From Vulcanimicrobiota bacterium (GTDB lineage Bacteria > Vulcanimicrobiota > Vulcanimicrobiia > Vulcanimicrobiales > Vulcanimicrobiaceae), in the NCBI GenBank assembly GCA_963771605.1, contig CAVYUA010000003.1, positions 326,884 through 390,883 on the forward strand: a stretch of DNA of 64,000 bases. The letters run 5' to 3'. Below the pieces are notes generated by a model that was not told the DNA's origin, made no database searches, and worked only from the letters and a program-made list of their open reading frames with translations. Below, in pieces: positions 56,961-64,000 of the stretch; within the stretch, counting starts at the first letter, position 1, and every line of letters starts with the position of its first letter. A program made the position numbers and the translations under genes.

Positions 56961-57394
56961 CGCAGCACCGCCTCGGGCCCGACCGCGCGCTCGAGCATTT
57001 CGTGCGCCAGCGCTTCGATTGCGGCCGCGGAGCTGGTGCGCGCCTGCGCGATCTCGAGATTGGCCGTCGCCTGGCCTTCGGCGATGATCGCCGCGGCTTG
57101 CTCGAGATGATCGGCAACGATCGCCGCCGCCTCCGCCTGCGCCTCGGCGCGCGCTTCGGCCACGGTCGCATCGGCTTGCCGGCGCGCGACCGCGCGTTTC
57201 TCGTCCGCCTGGACGCGCAAGGCCTTCAGGTCGTACTCGAACTGCGCGATGTCGGCGCCGACCTGGTCGATGTATGCCCGCCGCGCCGCGATCGCCGAGC
57301 CCACAGGCTTGAGGAAGATCGCGTTGAGGATCACCAGGAAGATGATGAAGTTGACGAGCTGGACGACCAGCGTCCCGTCAAGCGAAAGCAGCAT
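56957..57394 (-). CDS. Fo ATP synthase subunit b' (second b-type subunit)
   Basis: 145 aa. N-terminal TM LVVQLVNFIIFLVILNAIFLKPV, then an Ala/Glu/Arg-rich coiled coil. Located between atpE and atpF. Confidence 0.85.
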   Translation of the reverse strand: MLLSLDGTLVVQLVNFIIFLVILNAIFLKPVGSAIAARRAYIDQVGADIAQFEYDLKALRVQADEKRAVARRQADATVAEARAEAQAEAAAIVADHLEQAAAIIAEGQATANLEIAQARTSSAAAIEALAHEMLERAVGPEAVLR

Positions 57395-57432
57395 CTACGG
57401 TATGCGTCTCACGGCTGATACAACGATGGGTG

Positions 57433-57720
57433 CTAGTGAACGGACTTCAGCATCGTGCCGACGAGACTCGGCACGTTGGCGACGACGAAGAACAGGTAGA
57501 ACCCCAGCACCAGCGCGATGATCGGGAACGCTTCCAGAATACCGACGCCGAGGAAGAAGAACGTGAAGATGTTGCCGCGAGCTTCGGGCTGCCGCGCGAT
57601 CGACTCGACAGCTTTCGACGCGACGATACCGTCGCCGATCGCCGAACCGACGGCCACGCCGAACACGATCAGCGAGAAGCCGAGAATCAGGACGGCAACG
57701 ATGAGGGTCTCAGGAGTCAC
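57433..57720 (-). CDS. atpE: Fo ATP synthase subunit c
   Basis: 95 aa. Hairpin with GSAIGDG, loop ARQPEA, and the proton-binding Glu in GILEAFPII. It has a ~14-aa C-terminal extension. Confidence 0.93.
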   Translation of the reverse strand: MTPETLIVAVLILGFSLIVFGVAVGSAIGDGIVASKAVESIARQPEARGNIFTFFFLGVGILEAFPIIALVLGFYLFFVVANVPSLVGTMLKSVH

Positions 57721-57732
57721 AACAGTACCTTT

Positions 57733-58503
57733 CTAAGGACCGGGCGCCGGAACGCTGGATGCGTGATGCTCTTCTTCATGGCCCTGCGTGGCCAAGGAGA
57801 GATACACGATGGTCAGGAGGGTGAAGACGAACGCTTGGATCGTCCCGATGAAAAAGTTGAAGAACTCGACGCCGAACGGCACGACCGTGGCGACGAGCGA
57901 GAGGTTGACCGGCCCGATCGTGACGTCTGCGGCGATGATCGTCGCCACGACGAACAGCAGCAGGTCGCCGGCGAGAATGTTGAAGGCCAGGCGCATCGCG
58001 AGCACGACCGGGCGGGCGATCTCCTCGATCAGGTTGATCGGAAAGAGCGGCCAGAACGGCTGGAAGAGGTGTCCGTAGGCTTTGATGCCGGCGCCCCGGA
58101 TCGCCACGAACTGGATGCCGAAGAACACGAAGAGCGCGAGCGCCGCCGTGGTGTTGAGGTCGGCCGTGGGCGAGCCGCCGAAGGGCAGGTTCATCTGCTT
58201 GAAGGGCAAGAGCCCGAACTGGTTGAGCGTCCAGATGAAGATGAAGATCGCCACGAAAACCGGGACGAAACGCTCGCCCGCCCGTCCCAGCGTCCCGACA
58301 GCAAGATCGGCTAGGTAGTTGATGATCCCCTCGAAGGTCGCTTGCGTCTTGTTGACGCGGTTCGTCCGGTACGAGGTGCCGAGGTAATAGAAGAATACGA
58401 GCGACAGCGCCATCACGACCCAGGTCGTGAGGATGGTGTCTGCGTGGACCGCTCCAACGACCGGCCAGGTCCAGAGCGGATGTTCTCCGATCTTCTCGTG
58501 CAC
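57733..58503 (-). CDS. atpB: Fo ATP synthase subunit a
   Basis: 256 aa with the essential Arg context LAMRLAFNILAG and multiple TM segments. Confidence 0.93.
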   Translation of the reverse strand: MHEKIGEHPLWTWPVVGAVHADTILTTWVVMALSLVFFYYLGTSYRTNRVNKTQATFEGIINYLADLAVGTLGRAGERFVPVFVAIFIFIWTLNQFGLLPFKQMNLPFGGSPTADLNTTAALALFVFFGIQFVAIRGAGIKAYGHLFQPFWPLFPINLIEEIARPVVLAMRLAFNILAGDLLLFVVATIIAADVTIGPVNLSLVATVVPFGVEFFNFFIGTIQAFVFTLLTIVYLSLATQGHEEEHHASSVPAPGP

Positions 58504-58506
58504 GAA

Positions 58507-58920
58507 CTACCCCGTTGAATACTCTTGCCGCAAGGCCAGTGCGTACAGCACGAGCGGCGTAAAAAATCCGGCGAGCGCGACGCCCATCGACCACCATGGT
58601 CCGGTCACCGCGGAAAACACCGGAACGATACCGATACCCAGAATCCGGACTACGTTTACCAGACCGTACACACCAGGCGAGCGTCTTCCGGCGAGGAGAC
58701 GCTCGTTGTTGCGCATGACCAGCCACATGTTGCCCAGGCCGCACGCCGCCCCGAGCAGCAGGTCGAAACCCAGGATCGGGAACCGCAACACCGCCAAAAC
58801 GACGGCCACGGGGACGAGCAACAGGAACGACCGGAACCCGACCGACCGCTTCCGCGCGTTATACGCGTCGACTGCGGCCGATGCTTCGGCGCCCTGCGTA
58901 TTGTCGCCGATTTCGACCAT
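58507..58920 (-). CDS. atpI: ATP synthase protein I (AtpI-like small membrane protein)
   Basis: Small hydrophobic protein immediately upstream of atpB (FLLLVPVAVVLAVL, LGIGIVPVFSAV). Start ambiguous: ATG 58920 preceded by GGGAGGGG, or ATG 58953. Confidence 0.6.
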   Translation of the reverse strand: MVEIGDNTQGAEASAAVDAYNARKRSVGFRSFLLLVPVAVVLAVLRFPILGFDLLLGAACGLGNMWLVMRNNERLLAGRRSPGVYGLVNVVRILGIGIVPVFSAVTGPWWSMGVALAGFFTPLVLYALALRQEYSTG

Positions 58921-58998
58921 CCCCTCCCGGACTTTTGACGGAAACCGTTGCATCCTTTGTTACCGGGCGGACGGAACTGAGTTTCGCCCCCACTCCGG

Positions 58999-60162
58999 TC
59001 ACGCCGCGACCAGGAATTCGGCCGGCTTGGGCCCGGTCCGGAGCTTCCACAAGAGCCAGGCGACGATGCGTTCGGCGGCGTGGCCGTCGCCGTAGGGGTT
59101 CGAGGCGCGGGCCATCGCGGTGTACACGCCGTCGGTGTTCTCGAGCAGCCGGCGGCTCCAGGCCACGATCTCGGCCGGCTCGGCGCCGACCAGCCGCAGC
59201 GTGCCGGCGGCCAGGCCTTCGGGGCGCTCGGTCTCACGCCGCATCACGAGGACCGGCTTGCCGAGCGTCGGCGCTTCTTCTTGGAGCCCGCCCGAGTCGG
59301 TCAGCACGAAGCGCGACTTGCTGACCGCGGCGACGGTCGAGGCGTAGTCGAGCGGCTCGGTCAGCCGGATGCCCTCGACGCCGGCCAGGAGGGGGCGGAT
59401 GACCGGGCCCACCTGGGGCGAGGGGTGGAGCGGCCACAGGATCTGCGGCCGCTGCGGGAACGCAGCGATCGCCATGACCGCCCGGGCGATGCCCGGCATC
59501 GCGTCGTGGTTCTCGCGGCGGTGAGCGGTGACGAAGATCAGCGGCCGGTCGGGATCGAGGCCGGCCAGGGCGGCCGGCGCGGGGCGCTGGGCGAGCCGGC
59601 GGGTCGTATCGAGGAAGGCGTCGATCACCGTGTTGCCGGTGACGATCACGTCGGCCCCGTCGAGGCGCTCGGCGAGCAGGTTCGCCTGCGCGCCGGAGGT
59701 CGGCGCGAAGTGGTAGGCCGCGATCACGCCCGTCAGGCGGCGGTTCAGCTCTTCGGGGAAGGGTTCGTGAATCGTCGCCGTGCGCAGCCCGGCCTCGACG
59801 TGGCCGACCGGGATCTTGGCATAGAACGCCGCCAGTGCCGTCGCCGTCGAGGTGGTCGTGTCGCCGTGGACGAGCACCACGTCGGGCCGGTGCTCGGCGA
59901 ACACCGGCACCATGCCGGTCAGCACGCGGGTGGTGATGTCGGTCAGCGATTGCGTTTGGGTCATGATGTTCAGGTCGACGTCGGGCACGATCTCGAACAG
60001 GCGCAGCACGTCATCGAGCATCTGGCGATGCTGTGCGGTCGCGCACACGATGGTGTGGATCGCCGGCGCCGCCGCGCGCAACGCCGCGACGACCGGTGCC
60101 ATCTTGATGGTATCGGGCCGCGTCCCCATGACGACCATGACGCGGAGAGGTGGAGAGGTCAC
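58999..60162 (-). CDS. wecB: UDP-N-acetylglucosamine 2-epimerase (non-hydrolysing)
   Basis: MVVMGTRPDTIKMAPV, DVVLVHGDTTT, VGHVEAGLRT, TDSGGLQEEAP. Start taken at GTG 60162, which overlaps the upstream TAG by 1 nt. An alternative ATG is at 60138. Confidence 0.9.
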   Translation of the reverse strand: MTSPPLRVMVVMGTRPDTIKMAPVVAALRAAAPAIHTIVCATAQHRQMLDDVLRLFEIVPDVDLNIMTQTQSLTDITTRVLTGMVPVFAEHRPDVVLVHGDTTTSTATALAAFYAKIPVGHVEAGLRTATIHEPFPEELNRRLTGVIAAYHFAPTSGAQANLLAERLDGADVIVTGNTVIDAFLDTTRRLAQRPAPAALAGLDPDRPLIFVTAHRRENHDAMPGIARAVMAIAAFPQRPQILWPLHPSPQVGPVIRPLLAGVEGIRLTEPLDYASTVAAVSKSRFVLTDSGGLQEEAPTLGKPVLVMRRETERPEGLAAGTLRLVGAEPAEIVAWSRRLLENTDGVYTAMARASNPYGDGHAAERIVAWLLWKLRTGPKPAEFLVAA

Positions 60163-61212
60163 TACGGTGGTGTACCCGCCATAACGGAAAAGCCCGCCTG
60201 GGCCAACCGCAATGATGCGATGCCGCCCGAGAGCATGAACGCGACGATGCCCAGCGCCGCGCACAGCGCGTAGATCAGCAGCACCGCTTGGCGCACGTTC
60301 AAGCCGAAGCGGAACACCAGCTGGTGGTGGAAGTGCCCGCGATCACCTTCGGTGATCTTCTTCCCGGTCGTCGTGCGCCGCACGATCGTGACGGCGGTGT
60401 CGAGGATCGGCAGCGCCAACACCACCAGTGGAATGAGCAAGCGAGATCGTGAACGCCGTTTTCGAGGTGCCGATGATCGACACGGTGGCGAACACGTAGC
60501 CGATGAACAGCGCGCCGGAATCGCCGAGAATGATCGTGGCCGGGTTGTAGTTGAAGGGCAAGAAGCCCAGTGCCCCGCCGACCAGTGCCGCCAGCACCAG
60601 TGCGAGTTCGGGATGGCCGTGGCCGACCGCGATGATCGCCAGCGACGCGCCCGAGATCGCGGTGAGCCCCGAGAGCAGACCGTCGAGGCCGTCGATGAAG
60701 TTGATGGCGTTCATCATGCCGACGTACCAGATCAGCGAGAGCGCGTAGTTCCACGGTACCGCGAAGTGGATGTAATCGCCGCGGTGAAACGGGTTCTCGA
60801 TATCCTTGATCACGAACCCGTAGAGCAGCGAGATGCCCGCGACGACGATCTGCGCGACGAACTTGTTGCGCGGGCGCATGCCCATGATGTCGTCCCAGAT
60901 GCCGACCATCAAGATCAGCGTGCCGCCGAAGAGCATGCCGATCACGTCGTGAATCTTGTCGAAGTCGCGCAGCTGATTGCGCGCGATCAGATAGCCGAGC
61001 ACGGAGAAGAGCGCGAAGGCGAAGCCCAAGAACACCGCGATGCCGCCGATGCGCGGCTTGGGCTGTTCGTGCATGCGCCGCTCGCCGATCTGATCGACCA
61101 TGCCGACGTGCGTCGCGAGCTTGCGCACGAGCGGCGTCGCGAACGCGGCGGTGAGTCCCGCCAGCACGACGACGATGCCGAGGATCGGCAGCAGCTGCAG
61201 CGGCGTCGTCAC
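60162..61212 (-). pseudogene. Glycosyltransferase family 4 (WecA/TagO/MraY-like undecaprenyl-phosphate HexNAc-1-P transferase) with one +1 frame disruption
   Basis: ORF 60343..61584 (from GTG 61212: VTTPLQLLPILGIVVVL...WDDIMGM...MNAINFIDGLDGL...GDSGALFIGY...GTSKTAFTISL) continues in ORF 60162..60440 (LIPLVVLALPILDTAVTIVRR...GDRGHFHH). The junction is at about 60433-60446. The span is 3n+1. Confidence 0.8.
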
Positions 61213-61646
61213 GCGAAGGTCACGGCGGGGGCGGGCACGTGCTCGACGGCAACACCCGCTTCGGCCAGCAACTCCGCTGCGATCGCGTCGGGATAGGCAA
61301 CCTCGTACACGATGCGCTCTACGCCCGCGCTGATCAGGAGTTTCGAGCAGTTCACGCACGGCTCGTGGGTGCAGTAGGCCGTCGCTCCGGAGAGCCCGAC
61401 GCCGTGCAGCGCACCCTGCACGATCGCGTTGGCCTCGGCATGCACGGCCCGCTGGCAGTGATCGTGGACGACCAGGCAACCGGCTTCGAGACAGTGCGCG
61501 ACCCCGCGCGGAGCGCCGTTGTAACCGGTGGTCAGGATGCGGTGCTCGCGCGTGAGCACGCAGCCGACGCTGGCCCGCGGGCAAGTGGCCCGGGTCGCAA
61601 CCGTCCGGGCGATCTGCAGAAAGTAGTCATCCCAGCCCGGTCGCAC
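61209..61646 (-). CDS. dCMP deaminase (ComEB/cytidine-deoxycytidylate deaminase zinc-binding family)
   Basis: 145 aa from GTG 61646 (VRPGWDDYFLQIARTVATRATC). Zinc motifs HAEANA and PCVNCSKLL. The rest of the 462-aa ORF-track ORF is an artefact antisense to the SBP gene. Confidence 0.85.
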   Translation of the reverse strand: MRPGWDDYFLQIARTVATRATCPRASVGCVLTREHRILTTGYNGAPRGVAHCLEAGCLVVHDHCQRAVHAEANAIVQGALHGVGLSGATAYCTHEPCVNCSKLLISAGVERIVYEVAYPDAIAAELLAEAGVAVEHVPAPAVTFA

Positions 61647-61715
61647 GCGACGGTTCTTCGGCAGACCGCGGAGCGGGACCGTTTGTCGGCGTAGGTCTTT
61701 GGGCGCACCGAACGA

Positions 61716-62675
61716 ATGTTTGGTGCCGTGATGAAGCGTGGTCGCGCAGCGGCACTGTTGCTCGGCGGCACCGCGCTGTGGTCGCTCCCGTACACCGGTC
61801 GAGCCCAAGACAATGCCCCCTTGCGGATCGCAACGTTCCCGGTCGAAAACGGCATCCTGCCGTTCTACGCCAAGGACCTGGGATTTTTCACCGCCGCCGG
61901 ACTCGCCGCCGACGTCCAGATCTTGCCGGGCAGCAGCGCGATCGCGGCCGGCATCGTGTCGAACTCGGTCGACGTCGGGTACGGCGCGGTCGACGTGCTG
62001 GCCACGCTGCACTCGAAGTCGATCCCGATCACGGTCATCGCGCCGGGCGGCGAATATTTCGCGCCGGTCACCTCGCGCGTGGCCGCGATCATGGTGCCGG
62101 CCGCATCCACGGTAACTCACGCTAAGGACCTCAACGGCAAGACGATCGCCTGCAACTCGCTGCACAGTCTGGCCGACGCCGTCCCGAAACTCTGGGTCGA
62201 GCAAAACGGCGGCGATCCGGCCACGCTCAAGTTCGTCGAGATGCCGTTCGCGGCGATGCCGGCCGCCTTTGACGCCGGCCGCGTCGACGCGGCGTTCATC
62301 TCCGAGCCGTTCATGAGCGTCGCCGCGAAAAGCGCGCGCGTCCTCGTCTACGGATACGATTGCATCGCGAAAGACTTCTTGCTCGGCGCGTACTTCACCA
62401 CGCCGCAGTGGGCCAAAGATCACGCCGAGGTCATCGCGCGCTTCCGCACCGGGATGCGCCAAGCCGCGGCCTGGGCCAACGCCAACCCGGCCAAAAGCGG
62501 TGAGCTGCTGGCGAAATACACGAAGATCGATCCGGCCGTCATCGCGACCATGACGCGCGCGCGGTTCGGCGAGCAACTCACGCCGGCGCTGATGCAACCC
62601 CTCATCGACGTCGCCGCCAAATTTGGCGGCTTCAGCGCCTTCCCGGCACGAGAACTCATCTACTCACCCCGCTGA
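61716..62675 (+). CDS. ABC-type substrate-binding protein, NMT1/SsuA/TauA family, orphan
   Basis: 319 aa with a signal peptide. Paralog of 11666..12631: LRIATFPVENGILPFYAKDLGFF, AKDLNGKTIACNS, RVDAAFISEPFMS, LMQPLIDVAAKFG. Confidence 0.8.
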   Translation: MFGAVMKRGRAAALLLGGTALWSLPYTGRAQDNAPLRIATFPVENGILPFYAKDLGFFTAAGLAADVQILPGSSAIAAGIVSNSVDVGYGAVDVLATLHSKSIPITVIAPGGEYFAPVTSRVAAIMVPAASTVTHAKDLNGKTIACNSLHSLADAVPKLWVEQNGGDPATLKFVEMPFAAMPAAFDAGRVDAAFISEPFMSVAAKSARVLVYGYDCIAKDFLLGAYFTTPQWAKDHAEVIARFRTGMRQAAAWANANPAKSGELLAKYTKIDPAVIATMTRARFGEQLTPALMQPLIDVAAKFGGFSAFPARELIYSPR

Positions 62676-62710
62676 AACGACATGGCGAAGGGCGCCGGTA
62701 AACATTTTCC

Positions 62711-62984
62711 GTCATCCCGAGCGCAGTCGAGGGACGCGCCGCCCCCCGTCATCCCGAGCGCAGTCGAGGGACGCGCCGCGATCGTGCCGGACCGCCACTG
62801 TCGATCACGAGCGCAGCCGAGTGAGCGCCGGCGACATGCCGGATCGTGCTTCGTGGCGATCACTCGGCTGCGCTCGTGATCGACGGTGGCTTGAGGGCGT
62901 GACGGTGGTGCGTCCCTCGACTGCGCTCGGGATGACGGGGGGGGGGTTGCGTTCCTCGACTGCTGACGCGTTGCTCGCGATGAC
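62711..62984. repeat. Composite nested-palindrome repeat element (REP/BIME- or MITE-like), copy 2
   Basis: Two identical direct units GTCATCCCGAGCGCAGTCGAGGGACGCG (62711-62738, 62748-62775). Central hairpin CTGTCGATCACGAGCGCAGCCGAGTGAGCGCC / GGCGATCACTCGGCTGCGCTCGTGATCGACGG. One exact inverted unit CGTCCCTCGACTGCGCTCGGGATGAC (62911-62936), a G10 tract (62937-62946), and a degenerate inverted unit ending GCGATGAC (62984). Confidence 0.88.
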
Positions 62985-63000
62985 AGAAGCGTAGCGGCGG

Positions 63001-63684
63001 TTATTTTGCGGCGGCGAAGACGTCGTCGGTGACGGGGGCGTTGAGCGAGTAGTCGCCGTAGGTGGCGTCGGCGTCGAGTTTGTAGTGCGGCATGTCGACG
63101 CTGATCGTCGCTTGTTGCGGTAGCGTGTACGATCCGATACGCTGGTTCACGTAGGTCAAGTGGATCGTGGAGGCGTCCTCGTAGTCCCACTCCACCGAGA
63201 GCGGCTGCAGTGCGGGCCGCGACAGCGTGAACACGACTTGCGTGATGCTGCTGGCGCCGCCGCGCGGTTGCGCGCGCAACACCAACACCGGTGCGCCGTC
63301 GGCGACCGTCGGGGTCACGGTGAGCACGTGATAATGATACGGCCACGCTTGCGGAACCATGTCGAGGTTGTAGGCGCCTTTGAAAAACCCGCCGACGATG
63401 CCGCTGGCGTGCGTGATCTGCAGCGCGGCTTGCGCCGGTGCACGGAAATAGGCCGTGCCTTCGACTTGCGAGTGCAGTCCGAGCGGCTTGTGCAAGTGCA
63501 CATCGAACGTGACCGGAACCGCGTACGACATGAGACGCGGCTCGCTCGTGGCGCGCTTGAGCAGTTGGTCGCCGTTGAACCGCGGCGGCGTTTGGGCCGG
63601 GGCCGACGCCGGCACGGCGGCCATGACGATGAGCGCGGCCGCGGCGGCCGGCGCGAGGGCCCGGAACCATGCAGAGCGTTTCAC
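63001..63684 (-). CDS. Exported hypothetical protein (possibly a LolA-like / lipoprotein-sorting-like beta fold)
   Basis: 227 aa with a signal peptide MKRSAWFRALAPAAAAALIVMAAVPASA. The mature part is beta-rich with no recognisable catalytic motif. Confidence 0.55.
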   Translation of the reverse strand: MKRSAWFRALAPAAAAALIVMAAVPASAPAQTPPRFNGDQLLKRATSEPRLMSYAVPVTFDVHLHKPLGLHSQVEGTAYFRAPAQAALQITHASGIVGGFFKGAYNLDMVPQAWPYHYHVLTVTPTVADGAPVLVLRAQPRGGASSITQVVFTLSRPALQPLSVEWDYEDASTIHLTYVNQRIGSYTLPQQATISVDMPHYKLDADATYGDYSLNAPVTDDVFAAAK

Positions 63685-63811
63685 GCCCTTTTTCTACCCG
63701 TATTCGAGCCCAGTCAAGGGTGCCATCGCTTCGTCCGGCGGGAGCACCATTTACAGACAATTTACGGCATCTTCCAGGGCGCACCGGGCGGGCAGGGCAA
63801 CGTCGCTGAGC

Positions 63812-64000
63812 GTGAAGGCCGACGAAATCCAACCCGCGTTGTCGAGTGAGGCGCGCAGAGCCGCCTTTCAGGCCGGGTGGGACGCGCGTTTGCTGCCGCT
63901 CCTCACCCCACAGTGGCAATCCTCGGCCGCGTTGGCCGGCGCGCTGGGCGAAAAGCCCGCGACGGTCCTCGAACGCCTCAAAGACATGCTCGAGCGCGGC
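63812..64000 (+). CDS. Hypothetical protein, 5' fragment running off the right edge
   Basis: My translation from GTG 63812 gives VKADEIQPALSSEARRAAFQAGWDARLLPLLTPQWQSSAALAGALGEKPATVLERLKDMLERG, open to the window end. The last part resembles a winged-helix segment. This is a weak call. Confidence 0.3.
   Translation, partial: MKADEIQPALSSEARRAAFQAGWDARLLPLLTPQWQSSAALAGALGEKPATVLERLKDMLERG

Noticed and set aside
57433-57720. Na+-translocating or otherwise unusual c-subunit / N-type ATPase.
   Set aside because: The ion-site context is GILEAFP with Ala after the Glu, and GDG in helix 1, a proton-type pattern seen in ordinary F-type enzymes. The operon order is the standard F-type order with b and b'. 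Only a short C-terminal extension is unusual.
62711-62775. Possible CRISPR array, because a 28-nt unit is repeated exactly with a 37-bp period.
   Set aside because: There are only two direct copies, the 9-nt spacer is far too short, the same unit recurs inverted 130 bp away as part of a palindrome, and there are no cas genes.

Overview
GC-rich (roughly two-thirds G+C by eye), very gene-dense bacterial chromosome segment. About 90% of genes are on the minus strand, and many neighbours overlap by 1 or 4 nt (TGATG, ATGA, GTGA). An LptA/OstA-like protein and a TonB-dependent receptor suggest a diderm organism. I cannot name the taxon from sequence alone. All calls come from reading motifs in the supplied translations and my own translation of gaps; no database search was run. 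CDS coordinates include the stop codon, as in the ORF track.

Housekeeping content:
- alaS, mreB, murA and rarA.
- A frameshifted nifS/iscS-like cysteine desulfurase.
- A SigB/F-type partner-switching module (STAS protein, kinase, sigma factor) with YtxH and DUF948 stress proteins.
- A complete F1Fo ATP synthase operon (atpIBE-F'-F-HAGDC) inside a 13-kb co-directional array that also carries a dCMP deaminase, wecA-like and wecB genes, and three oxidoreductase/cupin genes.

Accessory content:
- A ~13-kb sulfatase island (17.3-30.7 kb). It holds two copies of the same gene triad, MBL-fold hydrolase -> Cys-type sulfatase -> formylglycine-generating enzyme. One copy looks cytoplasmic and one looks exported. 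The island also has a class-III aminotransferase, an MFS transporter, an orphan TauA/SsuA-like binding protein and a MarR-COG0523 GTPase pair.
- A LacI-controlled nine-gene operon (M24 hydrolase, E1alpha/E1beta/E2 of a 2-oxoacid dehydrogenase, a beta-hydroxyacid dehydrogenase, LivHMGF) with two recognisable operators.
- A MarR-associated TonB-receptor/MFS/cupin/serine-hydrolase operon.

Non-genic signals:
- An exact GTAATTAC palindrome in four AT-rich promoter islands.
- Two copies of a nested-palindrome repeat element, each just downstream of a paralogous binding-protein gene.
- A perfect 16-bp palindrome upstream of a Rieske oxygenase.
- Six frame disruptions, all net +1.

I found no CRISPR array, tRNA/rRNA gene, transposase, integrase or recognisable defence system. 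The best novelty candidates are the duplicated MBL-sulfatase-FGE module with its shared operator motif, and the MarR-COG0523 pairing. Both are hypotheses, not demonstrations.
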